This document shows, one piece after another, positions 27,813 to 36,817 of a stretch of 64,000 nucleotides of DNA. Origin of the DNA: a virus; IMG/VR virus record IMGVR_UViG_3300027741_000022, positions 32,001 through 96,000 of that record; one strand, given 5' to 3'. Positions within the stretch are counted from its first letter, which is position 1, and each line of letters opens with the position of its first letter. A program made the translations under genes and the position numbers. Under the pieces are notes generated by a model. That model had not been told where the DNA came from, did no database searches, and saw only the letters and a list, made by a program, of their open reading frames with translations.

Positions 27813-28073
27813 ATGGCAACTGTCAAAAAAGCCGGTTCTGAAAAAAGGTCATATGTTTCGATAGAAGATTTCGTTCGTGCGTATGAAGATACTCGAAACG
27901 AGACTATATCGGACGTTGCAGAGCAGTTAGGAATCAAGCCGCCAGCAGTTAGCCTTCGTGCAAGCAAGCTGCGTAAAGAAGGTGTTGAGTTGAGAAAATT
28001 TGCCCGAGGCGGTCGTCCAAGTGTCGTTGAAAAAGCCAAGGAAATTCTTGCTCAAATTCGCCGGGGCAAGTGA
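27813..28073 (+). CDS. Small HTH protein, paralog of 54184
   Basis: TISDVAEQLGIKPPAVSLRASKLRKEGV. Confidence 0.7.
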   Translation: MATVKKAGSEKRSYVSIEDFVRAYEDTRNETISDVAEQLGIKPPAVSLRASKLRKEGVELRKFARGGRPSVVEKAKEILAQIRRGK

Positions 28074-28094
28074 TTCTTTCGGTATCATGCTTTC

Positions 28095-28138
28095 AAAACC
28101 CCTGCTGGAGCCTAAAGTGTCCAGCAGGGGTTTTTTAT
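28095..28138 (+). terminator. Rho-independent terminator
   Basis: 15-bp stem AAAACCCCTGCTGGA/TCCAGCAGGGGTTTT, just upstream of motif copy 8. Confidence 0.85.
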
Positions 28139-28144
28139 TGCCAT

Positions 28145-28162
28145 GTTTCTTTGTGGTACGCT
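28145..28162 (+). promoter_or_regulatory. Dispersed 18-bp motif, copy 8
   Basis: GTTTCTTTGTGGTACGCT, 17 nt before the ATG at 28180. Confidence 0.8.
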
Positions 28163-28179
28163 CGGTGTCTGGAGGATTT

Positions 28180-28359
28180 ATGAAAAAGGAAGAGTTGAAA
28201 GAATCAAAGACAACACAAGAAGATATTGAAAAAGCAAAGATTCAAATTGAAGAAAATGAATATCTAAATCATATTTGTGAACAACATGAATCTTGTGTGC
28301 TGTACGATGAATACAGTAATGATGAAGAAGGATATGTTCAAAAGTTTAGCAAAAAGTAA
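28180..28359 (+). CDS. Small hypothetical protein
   Basis: ATG after the SD GGAGG; the track's upstream extension crosses a terminator. Confidence 0.6.
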   Translation: MKKEELKESKTTQEDIEKAKIQIEENEYLNHICEQHESCVLYDEYSNDEEGYVQKFSKK

Positions 28360-28363
28360 ACAT

Positions 28364-28392
28364 TTGACAAATTTTTGAAAAAACGGTATAAT
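28364..28392 (+). promoter_or_regulatory. Consensus sigma-70 promoter
   Basis: TTGACA-N17-TATAAT, with CGG before the -10 as in the dispersed motif. Confidence 0.85.
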
Positions 28393-28412
28393 ATTTTGCA
28401 AGGAGTGCTAAA

Positions 28413-28745
28413 ATGCCATATATCGATAAAAAAAGACGAGAAAAACTTGATGGGGCTATTTTATTTTTAAGATCTGCTCTTGAGAACCAATCAAGTAGTG
28501 AATCAAATAAAAATATTTCCTGTGGTCTATCACCAGAACAGATTTTGGAAATATCTGGTGATTTGAATTATTGCATAAGCAGGATTTGTGCTGGATTAAT
28601 TGGTTCGCCTTCTTATAAGAAGATTGCAGTAGTCACAGGCGTTCTTGAGAACGTTAATCAAGAACTGTATAGAAGACTCGCCAGCACTTATGAAGATGAA
28701 AAAATAGAATCAAACGGCGATATTCCGGAATATAAAAATTACTGA
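28413..28745 (+). CDS. Conserved phage protein (DUF6899-like)
   Basis: MPYI...GDLNYCISRI...Y......GVLE.V..ELYRR....YED.KI..NGD. Confidence 0.65.
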   Translation: MPYIDKKRREKLDGAILFLRSALENQSSSESNKNISCGLSPEQILEISGDLNYCISRICAGLIGSPSYKKIAVVTGVLENVNQELYRRLASTYEDEKIESNGDIPEYKNY

Positions 28746-28750
28746 TGGAA

Positions 28751-28768
28751 GTTTCTTTGTGGTACGCT
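28751..28768 (+). promoter_or_regulatory. Dispersed 18-bp motif, copy 9
   Basis: GTTTCTTTGTGGTACGCT. Confidence 0.8.
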
Positions 28769-28808
28769 GTTCGGTTGTACGAGAGAGCCGATAATAACAG
28801 GAAATAAG

Positions 28809-28919
28809 ATGCCAGCAACCGCCCCCCCGCCGGTAAAAACCCCGGCAAAGACGCCACAGACGCCCACAAGCCCCTTTAAGGCACCCCGCCCTGCGGTCAT
28901 GCCGGAGCCTAAGAACTGA
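28809..28919 (+). CDS. 36-aa Pro-rich peptide
   Basis: Hand-found MPATAPPPVKTPAKTPQTPTSPFKAPRPAVMPEPKN; SD AGGA; TGATG coupling to the next gene; locally GC-rich. Confidence 0.6.
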   Translation: MPATAPPPVKTPAKTPQTPTSPFKAPRPAVMPEPKN

Positions 28920-29974
28920 TGTATAGCAACAGCCTGCACGTTAATCCGAAGATTAGAAATTTTTGGAGAGATTTGAAGAAGAACGAAGGCGAGTTTCATG
29001 TTTTTAAGAAAAACAGGAATCTTGTTTACTTTGGTGATGATCTTTCCAAGAAGAGCTATGAGTTTGTTGATGATCGAATCAAGAATCTTGGGATCAATTT
29101 TGATTTTAATTCTTTGACAAACAAGTTTATTGCTGCTCTTCAAGAAGAAAGCGGAAATGAAGATGTTCTCAAGGAACTTGCAATAAAGGCTGTGAGCGAG
29201 GCTTTTGAAATTCCAGAAGATATTTTGGAAGCTCATCTCAACAAAGAAGACATTGATGTTAATTCGACTGATGAGTCGTTTCCAGAAGAAGACTATGATT
29301 ATGATTCGCTTTCGCAATCTTTGAAGGACAGCATCAACAAAAGAATTCTTTTGAATTGCATTACTCAAGGCGCGAGCATTCACGCCTTTTATACAATGCA
29401 CCACCTTGTCAGAAATGACCTGGAAAAGATTTCAGAAGATATAATCGGGATTTATGATGAGGTGAGTGTTGGAACTGTTTACACATATTGGAAGATTGAT
29501 TATTCTTCTATGCTTGAAAGTTCTGCCAATTTGGATATGCTGGTTCAGGGCAGTTCAAAAGTAGAGTATGGTGAGAATGAAAATGATAATCCAAAAGTAG
29601 TGGCAAAAGCAAGGACGTTTGTTGTTCTTTGTCAAGAGCTTGTTAAAGGTGCCATCGAACTGATTAACCTTAATGGTTTGAAAGATTTGGATGAGGAAGA
29701 ACTCAGAACGATATATGCCTTTGCAGACAAGCGTGTAGACGAACCCAGGTATATTCAAATCTCAAGTGAAATTTGGCGTAAAGTTCTTGCTTTCATCAAG
29801 GTTTATAAGGATGAGGTTGGAAAGATTTCAATCCCCGATCTTCTTATGAAGATCAGTTTGTTGAATCCGAAAGATATTGAAGATTTCTTTGAACATATGA
29901 TTTCTGGCGATAATACTCAGGCAATTAATTTTCTCAATACTAACGAAGGAGTTATTTCTAATGAAGATTTCTAA
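28919..29974 (+). CDS. Conserved large-phage hypothetical protein
   Basis: NKRILLNCITQGAS.H...H.V...L, YW, A.TFVVL.QELVKG motifs. Confidence 0.7.
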   Translation: MYSNSLHVNPKIRNFWRDLKKNEGEFHVFKKNRNLVYFGDDLSKKSYEFVDDRIKNLGINFDFNSLTNKFIAALQEESGNEDVLKELAIKAVSEAFEIPEDILEAHLNKEDIDVNSTDESFPEEDYDYDSLSQSLKDSINKRILLNCITQGASIHAFYTMHHLVRNDLEKISEDIIGIYDEVSVGTVYTYWKIDYSSMLESSANLDMLVQGSSKVEYGENENDNPKVVAKARTFVVLCQELVKGAIELINLNGLKDLDEEELRTIYAFADKRVDEPRYIQISSEIWRKVLAFIKVYKDEVGKISIPDLLMKISLLNPKDIEDFFEHMISGDNTQAINFLNTNEGVISNEDF

Positions 29975-32132
29975 TAACGGTTCTGTTCTCGATACCAATA
30001 ACAATAACGCAGATAGCCTTGAATTCGGTATCGGTGATGTTAGCACCATCATTGATATTCTTCGAAACAGGCTTTATTCAAATCCAATTCGCACTTTGAC
30101 TCAAGAATATCTTTGCAATGGCAGAGATAGTCATCGTGATGCAGGCAGCGCCAATACTCCTTTGAGGGTCACTCTCCCAACAAAGCTTGATAGTGTTCTT
30201 AAAATCAGAGATTTTGGAACGGGTTTGTCGCCAGATCGTGTTAAGGATGTTTTCGTTCTTTACGGAAGCAGCACAAAGCGTAAGGATAATGTTCAAACTG
30301 GTGGTTTCGGTATTGGTGCAAAAAGTGCGTGGGCTTACACCGATAGCTTTGTTGTTGTGAGCTACCATGACGGTAAGTGTCGAACTTATATTGCTCATAC
30401 TGGTAAGAATAGCAACGGCACTCTTGAACTTATCAATGAAGTTGATTCGACCGAACCCAACGGTGTTGAAATTCAGGTTCCAGTAAAGGAGTGTGATATC
30501 GAGCAGTTTGTTTCTGCCGTTTATCGTTGCACTTATTTTTGGGATGTTAAGCCTGAGTTGAAGGGAATTACAAACATTGAAATTCCTGCTTCTTGGACTG
30601 CAGGAAGCGATAAGATTCTTTACAAGAAGGATAATTGGTTTCTCCTTGAAAAGGATGATCTTGTTAAGCGTCTTTTCGACTCATACAACCAGGACATTTA
30701 TGTTCTGATTGACAAGATCCCATATAGCATCAATAAGTTTTCTCGGGAATGTCCTGAGGTTGAAAAGCTTAAGTCTGCTTCATATGCCGCTCACATGAGC
30801 TTTATTGAAGTTGGCAACGGTGTTCTTGAAGTCTCTGCCACTAGGGAAAGCATTTCCGATAAGGAAGGCAGCAAGCACAAGGTTAATGAAATTTGTGAAG
30901 AGGCAAGAAAGTCTCTTTATTCTTGTGTGGAAGAGCAGTTTGAAAAAGATTTCAAGGACATTCCATCTTATATTAACTTCTACTTTAAGCTTAAGGCTAC
31001 ATTCAATCTTGCGAATTTTCCTAAGACTTTGGATGTTGCTTTCAAGAAGAATGGATGTGCTTACAAGCTTCTTCCCAATGGAAAGATTGAATCAACTAGC
31101 TTTAATGGTTGTGCTGTTGAGCGATACAATATCAAGCGCCAAAAGTCTAGGCGAATTCTTAATCGTGTTGGAAATGCGGAAATTCATTTTGGTGAAGAAA
31201 AGGTTAAATTTGTTCTTGTCAATGAAGATAAGAATGGAAGGCATGTTCCTGAATATGTTTTCAAGGAAAAGATCAAGAAGCTTTTCTATGATGATGAAAC
31301 CTTGTCCTATGTCTATGTGATCAATCACTACACAGAGGAGCAAAGGAATAATCTCAAGGATCATCTTGAAGCTATCTACATCACAGATATTCAGCTCGAT
31401 AAGCCTGCGTATAAAGCCAAGAAGGAAAGCGGCACGGTCAGCATCAGGTACATTAAGCCTGCCGATCATCGATATGGATATAGGCATGGCAAGCTTGAGT
31501 CTGATAGCAAGGAAGATGTAACCCTGGAATCAATCGAGTCCAGTGCTCATAATTATATTTCTGTACCTTTTTCAGGCTCAGAAGAATATGATTTCGATAA
31601 CCCTATCTTTGTTGAAAACATCAAGTTTCTTATTGAGCATGGTGATTACAAAATTATCAAGCTAAGTAAGCGAGATTATGATGCCGTGAATACTCTTGAT
31701 AATGTCATGGAATATTCTGAGGTTGCTGAATCTATCAGTGATCATGTTGAAATTGATGATAAGATTATTGAGGACTTTGTTTTCAAGCAGGCAAGCAACA
31801 CCTTTGAGCCATTGAGGAAGTCTCTCGACAAGATCAAGTGTGATAAGATTGCAGAATATTTCCGAATCAAGGGTCAGGCTCCTGCTGAGAATAGAAGGAA
31901 TGCAACCACTATTCCGGATAGGATTCTTGCAATGTATCCCTACTATTCTAAGGTCAACGATAACGTAAAGAAGATTGCAAAGCTTGAAGAGGAAATCACT
32001 CAGAAGTATCCGCTTATGAAGCAACTTAGCTATATCATCGGTGGATATTATGGTAACCATGCAGATCGTAATAAAGAGCTTAACGAGTTTGTGTTTTATC
32101 TCAATGCCAAGCATAGCAAGGTGGCGTCGTGA
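29961..32132 (+). CDS. rIIA: rIIA-like protein (GHKL ATPase N-terminus)
   Basis: LYSNPIRTLTQEYLCNGRDSH, IRDFGTGLS, YGSSTK, GGFGIGAKS...YTDSF, SATRE.IS. Confidence 0.85.
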   Translation: MKISNNGSVLDTNNNNADSLEFGIGDVSTIIDILRNRLYSNPIRTLTQEYLCNGRDSHRDAGSANTPLRVTLPTKLDSVLKIRDFGTGLSPDRVKDVFVLYGSSTKRKDNVQTGGFGIGAKSAWAYTDSFVVVSYHDGKCRTYIAHTGKNSNGTLELINEVDSTEPNGVEIQVPVKECDIEQFVSAVYRCTYFWDVKPELKGITNIEIPASWTAGSDKILYKKDNWFLLEKDDLVKRLFDSYNQDIYVLIDKIPYSINKFSRECPEVEKLKSASYAAHMSFIEVGNGVLEVSATRESISDKEGSKHKVNEICEEARKSLYSCVEEQFEKDFKDIPSYINFYFKLKATFNLANFPKTLDVAFKKNGCAYKLLPNGKIESTSFNGCAVERYNIKRQKSRRILNRVGNAEIHFGEEKVKFVLVNEDKNGRHVPEYVFKEKIKKLFYDDETLSYVYVINHYTEEQRNNLKDHLEAIYITDIQLDKPAYKAKKESGTVSIRYIKPADHRYGYRHGKLESDSKEDVTLESIESSAHNYISVPFSGSEEYDFDNPIFVENIKFLIEHGDYKIIKLSKRDYDAVNTLDNVMEYSEVAESISDHVEIDDKIIEDFVFKQASNTFEPLRKSLDKIKCDKIAEYFRIKGQAPAENRRNATTIPDRILAMYPYYSKVNDNVKKIAKLEEEITQKYPLMKQLSYIIGGYYGNHADRNKELNEFVFYLNAKHSKVAS

Positions 32133-32416
32133 TGAATAACAAAAAGTGGGAGGTCAATTACAGAGGATCTCTTGGTAAATGGGCGGAGCGTTTAAAGGAA
32201 AGTGATGAAAAAAAGATTACAAGTGGTTTGTTTAAAAGATATCTTGAAGCAAAGAAGCTGTTAAATTCTTTGGTTGATGAGATAAATAAACTTGAAACAG
32301 ACGCAGAATCAACGTATCTTTTGTTAAACGCTGTCCCCCACAGCATGTCTGAAAATGAAAATGCTGTTTTTCTTAAAGAATTAATTGTTTATATCAACTC
32401 GAAGGAAGTAAAATGA
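32129..32416 (+). CDS. Hypothetical protein
   Basis: ORF track; overlapping start and stop. Confidence 0.55.
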   Translation: MMNNKKWEVNYRGSLGKWAERLKESDEKKITSGLFKRYLEAKKLLNSLVDEINKLETDAESTYLLLNAVPHSMSENENAVFLKELIVYINSKEVK

Positions 32417-32694
32417 AGACTATGGCAAAAGAACCAAAAAACACTGCTGCTGATATTGTTGAAGAAAAGAAAATCAATGAGAGCGATATTATTGATTTGC
32501 TTTTTAAGCAAGTTGAAAAGCCTAAAAATTGTATCAAGATTAAGGCTGTGAATGTTTATGGAAATCGTTATCGTATAAACATTTGGACTATTGTTCATGA
32601 AGATAGTTTTGATAAAAATAAGATTACACAAAGCTACTTCTGTATTGTAGATGAAAATAAAGTTAAGATCATAATGGGTAATAACACCCCGTAG
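32413..32694 (+). CDS. Hypothetical protein
   Basis: SD AAGGA; NVYGNRYRINIW motif. Confidence 0.65.
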   Translation: MKTMAKEPKNTAADIVEEKKINESDIIDLLFKQVEKPKNCIKIKAVNVYGNRYRINIWTIVHEDSFDKNKITQSYFCIVDENKVKIIMGNNTP

Positions 32695-32711
32695 TTTCTT
32701 CTTGGTACGCT
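32694..32711 (+). promoter_or_regulatory. Dispersed 18-bp motif, copy 10
   Basis: GTTTCTTCTTGGTACGCT; its first G is the last base of the upstream TAG stop. Confidence 0.8.
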
Positions 32712-32749
32712 TTCTTCTTAGATGGATACTCTACAATAAGCGAGCGAAA

Positions 32750-34081
32750 ATGAAATACTATAACCTCAACAATTCGATAGTTCTTTCTTTTGATGGTATC
32801 GTCCAAACTATTAGCAAGGATGATTACCGTTACTCAAGGATCAAGGAAGCCCTTTCCAATCAAGATTTTGATTCTGTAAGGGTTGCCGTAGACCCGACCA
32901 AGAATCTTGACAAGGAAGGGTTTGTTGTTGAAAACGGCTTGGTGTGTTTCAAGGGAGAGCCAATCCCCAGCATCCTTGGTAATCAATTTTTGAAATACAA
33001 GGAGAGTAGCTGGGTATTCAAGAGTCTTCTCAATTTCTGGTTCAATCTCAAAACTAGGGTGGACAATGAGACTGCAAGCCAGATGATCAATGCTCTTGTT
33101 GAGAATGGGGCATATCCGATTACAGAGGATGGCTTTTATCTTGTTTATAGAAATGCTAATGCAGATCAAACCAAGAGCATTCTCAATAAAAGAAATCAAG
33201 AAGTTGGTTCTATCAACTTTTATAACATTGCTTCTGTTCCTCAGGAGTATAGCAATTTCTTTTATGAGAGAAAGAATCTTGATGATATCTTAACTTCTGT
33301 TTTTGGTTTTTCTGCCAAAAAGTTGAAGAAGATTGCAATTCAAGAAATGTTCAAGCCTGCAATCAATTTTATTGATCATACCTTTTTGCTTTTTGGAGAT
33401 GCTTTCAAGGACGTTCTACATCCCGATAACCTCTATGAAGTTCTTGATAAAAAGCTTTTCAAGATTACTCACGGAGACGCTCAGAGTTATAAAAATTTCA
33501 ACGCTTTTCTCAAAGAATACAGCATAGAGAAAAACGGAACATATAGCCAGAAGAAGATACTTAATCTTTTGTCGAGCGCAAAAGAACAGGTGCGTCTTGT
33601 TGAAATTGGAAGTTATTTTGTTGAGCTCAAAGAAAAGATTAATCTGGATGTTCAGAGGATTCAGTTCACCAATGACTGCCAGACAATTTTTGAATATCTC
33701 AGGTCTGAGCATAGAAAGCTTAGCGATCCTGAAGTCAAGCTTAATATCGAAGAGAATTTCCCAGAATTTTGGGAGCTTAACGATATTGAGGTTGGTAAGC
33801 TTAGATTTCTTTTCCCCAAGACAAACTATGACTTGAAGGAATGGACTAATCTTATGCAAAATTGTATTGGAACACACGGGTATGACAAAAGAGTTATTCA
33901 AAAGGCATGTGTTGTTTTTGCATTAATGTCAACAGATACCAATGAAATGATTTACAATATTGAGATTTCAAACAAGAACGTTGTTCAATTCAACGCAAGA
34001 GGCAATCGTCCTGCAACGCCTTCCGAAAGAAAAGAAGTTTGCTCTCTGTTGAAGGAAAAAGGATTGATTTTTAAGGAATAA
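32750..34081 (+). CDS. rIIB-like N-terminus fused to a PcfJ-like C-terminal domain
   Basis: rIIB-type VENGLVCFKGE.IP..L...FW.NL...YPITEDGFYLVY; PcfJ-type P.T..DL..W...M.NCIG..Y...Y.IEI......Q....N. Confidence 0.6.
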   Translation: MKYYNLNNSIVLSFDGIVQTISKDDYRYSRIKEALSNQDFDSVRVAVDPTKNLDKEGFVVENGLVCFKGEPIPSILGNQFLKYKESSWVFKSLLNFWFNLKTRVDNETASQMINALVENGAYPITEDGFYLVYRNANADQTKSILNKRNQEVGSINFYNIASVPQEYSNFFYERKNLDDILTSVFGFSAKKLKKIAIQEMFKPAINFIDHTFLLFGDAFKDVLHPDNLYEVLDKKLFKITHGDAQSYKNFNAFLKEYSIEKNGTYSQKKILNLLSSAKEQVRLVEIGSYFVELKEKINLDVQRIQFTNDCQTIFEYLRSEHRKLSDPEVKLNIEENFPEFWELNDIEVGKLRFLFPKTNYDLKEWTNLMQNCIGTHGYDKRVIQKACVVFALMSTDTNEMIYNIEISNKNVVQFNARGNRPATPSERKEVCSLLKEKGLIFKE

Positions 34082-34088
34082 TTGATAG

Positions 34089-34117
34089 TTGAAAAACAAA
34101 CATCCATAGTGTATATT
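34089..34117 (+). promoter_or_regulatory. Sigma-70-type promoter of the glycan cluster
   Basis: TTGAAA-N17-TATATT. Confidence 0.55.
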
Positions 34118-34127
34118 GTTTTACACT

Positions 34128-35393
34128 ATGGATGTTTGCATATTAACTTGTTATTATAATCCCACCAATTCTGAGAATAGAACTCAGAATTTCTATAAAT
34201 TCTTGGATTCCGCTAAATCAAGCGGAATGGAAGATCATCTTTTTGTTTGTGAAATAGCAAAAAACGATCAGCCAAGATTGACTCCAACAAAAAATCATTT
34301 TTTGTTGTTGAGTGAAGATGATCTATGGCACAAAGAATGTGCTATAAATTTTTTAATTAAAAAAACACCAGAAAGCTATAAAAAAATTATAGTTTCTGAT
34401 TGTGATCTTATTTTTAATGATCTTGGGTGGGTTGAAAAGACCAGCGACTTGTTAAACGAGTATGTGTTTGTCCAACCATATGACAAGATAAAGTATCTTG
34501 GACCCGTAGAAGGCTCCTACGACAGTTTTTACGCCGGTATTGTGTCGTATATGCAAAACAGTAGGGTTGTGGATTTTGGCAATCCTGGGGCTCTTGTAGC
34601 GTATAGGAGAGACTATCTGAGGGCTGTTGATGGTCTTTTCGATAAATGCGTTGTGGGTGGAGGGGATACTATAAATATTATCCCTTTCTTTATTAATAGT
34701 TTCATGAAGTTAGATTTCCTAAATAGAGTTTGCCCAGACACCAGAGTTGAAGCTTTAGACTACATAAATAATTGTGTTGATTTCATTAAAAATAGTGGAT
34801 TGGGTTATGCGGCATATTTAAAAGACGTTGTTTTGACTCATTTGTTCCACGGAATGATAAAACACAGGCAATATGATTCGAGATACAACATAATTAACAA
34901 AATAACATTCAAAAAGAATTTTAAGAAAAAAAATGAATTATATCAGATAACATCAAACGAAAAACTGAAAAATGATTTAAAAGAATATTTGATTGAAAGA
35001 AAAGAAGATTTTAAGCTAAAAGATACAGCCTCTGTATGCATCAATAGCGCTAAATATCCTGTCGAATACGACATATTGTGGTTATGTGAACACAATAGCT
35101 TTATATTTAACAATATATCAAGAGTTAAGTTTCATTTGAAGAAAGTTAAACAATTAAAGAATTTTAAAGTAATATCAAATGATAAAGAAATATTCTCTAT
35201 ATTTGTTGAAAACAAAGCAGTTGTTGAAATTGAAAATCCAAATGTATTATTGATTAGCTCTGACTATTTTATCCCAGCTGATCTTGGCGAAAGTAAAGAC
35301 ACAAGAAGGCTATCTGTTGTTCTTGAGAAAATAGAGATAATTGCTAAAGACGCAACAGAATATACCAACTATCCGCTAGAGGATATATCTTGA
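34128..35393 (+). CDS. GT-A glycosyltransferase-like protein
   Basis: WHKECAIN, VSDCDLIF (DxD), VQPY, GGGD, HLFHG....R.Y..R. Confidence 0.65.
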   Translation: MDVCILTCYYNPTNSENRTQNFYKFLDSAKSSGMEDHLFVCEIAKNDQPRLTPTKNHFLLLSEDDLWHKECAINFLIKKTPESYKKIIVSDCDLIFNDLGWVEKTSDLLNEYVFVQPYDKIKYLGPVEGSYDSFYAGIVSYMQNSRVVDFGNPGALVAYRRDYLRAVDGLFDKCVVGGGDTINIIPFFINSFMKLDFLNRVCPDTRVEALDYINNCVDFIKNSGLGYAAYLKDVVLTHLFHGMIKHRQYDSRYNIINKITFKKNFKKKNELYQITSNEKLKNDLKEYLIERKEDFKLKDTASVCINSAKYPVEYDILWLCEHNSFIFNNISRVKFHLKKVKQLKNFKVISNDKEIFSIFVENKAVVEIENPNVLLISSDYFIPADLGESKDTRRLSVVLEKIEIIAKDATEYTNYPLEDIS

Positions 35394-36598
35394 TTGAACA
35401 ATTTTTAAACACTGAATTAGATCCTATTCAAACAATAGAAGTTTACTCTAAATTTGCTTCTAAACTGATGTTTTTAGAAGAGGGTATTGTTAGAAATGTA
35501 ATAGAAAAATTAAAGAAAAACATAGAGGATTGGGCTGTAAACAAAAGCTTGGTTTATAAAAATCACGATTATATTAAAACATACAACAGAAAAGATTTGT
35601 TAAACAAAGAAGATTGGTATGTTGATGAATTAAAAGAACAATCACAAAATTTTTCAACAAGTGGTAGCACAACCGGCGATCCTTTCTCATACAGTATTTG
35701 GAGCAAATACATAGATTACATAGAGGATGAACATCAATACGGTATGATATTAGATGAGTTTGATATTGATAGAAAAGATGTCAATATATTGGTTTTGATT
35801 AAACTTCCGTATAATCCCAAAACAGAAGAGTTTACCACAGAACAGATTTGCGACTCTGGTTATACAATGCATACTCATAAATCTATAAGTAGCAAAAGAT
35901 ACTTTGTGAATTTCGATGGCTACATTGAAAATGCAGACGATTGGCACAAAAAGCTATTTGAATTCATAGCAAGCAAATCGCTTGATGTGATCATATCAAC
36001 AGGACCGTCCATAAACACTCTTTGTTTTTATTTGAAAAAATTTAATTATACAAACAAACTCTGTAAACTACTGAGTCACACTGGTGAGTTTTTGATAAAG
36101 CAAGATGCTCATTATTTAAAAGAAAATAAATATATCGATAATTTTTGTGATCACATGCGGTGTTGGGATGGAGGTGCAACATTTTTTACATGTAAATTTG
36201 GAACTTATCATTTGATGGATAATTTGAGTTGGGTTGAAGAAGATGAAAACAATAAAATGATAAGCACAGATTACTTTTCTTTGCCTGCTCCCTTTATTCG
36301 TTATTGGAATGGAGATCTTTGTAAAATATCCAATGATTATCAAAGATGTGATTGCGGCAGATTATATCGTTCTTTCAAGATGCTTGAGAATAGACCTTTT
36401 GGTTTAAAAGGAACAACAAAATTAACATCCATAAAACAACAAGTTTCTAAATTGAATTTTAAAAATGACATTATCCAGGTAAAATTTGACAATCTAAAGG
36501 TTGATATTATCACAAAAAGAGAACTGCTTGATTTTGAAAAACAACAGTTAAATAATATTTTTAATGAATATAAAATAAATTATAGCAATTATGGCTAA
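35390..36598 (+). CDS. Adenylate-forming enzyme (phenylacetate-CoA ligase/CapK-like)
   Basis: P-loop STSGSTTGDPF, TGE, PFIRYWNGD...C.CGR. Confidence 0.75.
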   Translation: MIEQFLNTELDPIQTIEVYSKFASKLMFLEEGIVRNVIEKLKKNIEDWAVNKSLVYKNHDYIKTYNRKDLLNKEDWYVDELKEQSQNFSTSGSTTGDPFSYSIWSKYIDYIEDEHQYGMILDEFDIDRKDVNILVLIKLPYNPKTEEFTTEQICDSGYTMHTHKSISSKRYFVNFDGYIENADDWHKKLFEFIASKSLDVIISTGPSINTLCFYLKKFNYTNKLCKLLSHTGEFLIKQDAHYLKENKYIDNFCDHMRCWDGGATFFTCKFGTYHLMDNLSWVEEDENNKMISTDYFSLPAPFIRYWNGDLCKISNDYQRCDCGRLYRSFKMLENRPFGLKGTTKLTSIKQQVSKLNFKNDIIQVKFDNLKVDIITKRELLDFEKQQLNNIFNEYKINYSNYG

Positions 36599-36785
36599 AT
36601 ATTTCATGAGAACATTTTTTTTAATTTTACTTTTATCATTATTTTGCATTGGATGTAAAGAAGTTTCTTGTAAATGTGGAAACGAAAAATGCGGTCCTGA
36701 ATGCAAAAATCAATGCGACGGACTTAGATGTATTCCTGGCGAGCCTTGCTGTGATAAATGTATTTGCAAAAAAATCAGCCACTAG
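36591..36785 (+). CDS. Small secreted Cys-rich (lipo)protein
   Basis: Hydrophobic leader, LFCIGC lipobox-like site and 10 Cys in the last ~40 aa. Confidence 0.55.
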   Translation: MAKYFMRTFFLILLLSLFCIGCKEVSCKCGNEKCGPECKNQCDGLRCIPGEPCCDKCICKKISH

Positions 36786-36817
36786 AAGCTGTGTAATTTT
36801 TTTGATATATTTGTTGC

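Noticed and set aside
28739-29404. Long antisense ORFs (also 20066..20683, 27581..28039, 33416..33901, 46394..46864, 58660..59169, 59093..59509)
   Set aside because: They lie entirely opposite well-supported + strand genes, with no motifs or RBS; they are stop-poor shadow frames.
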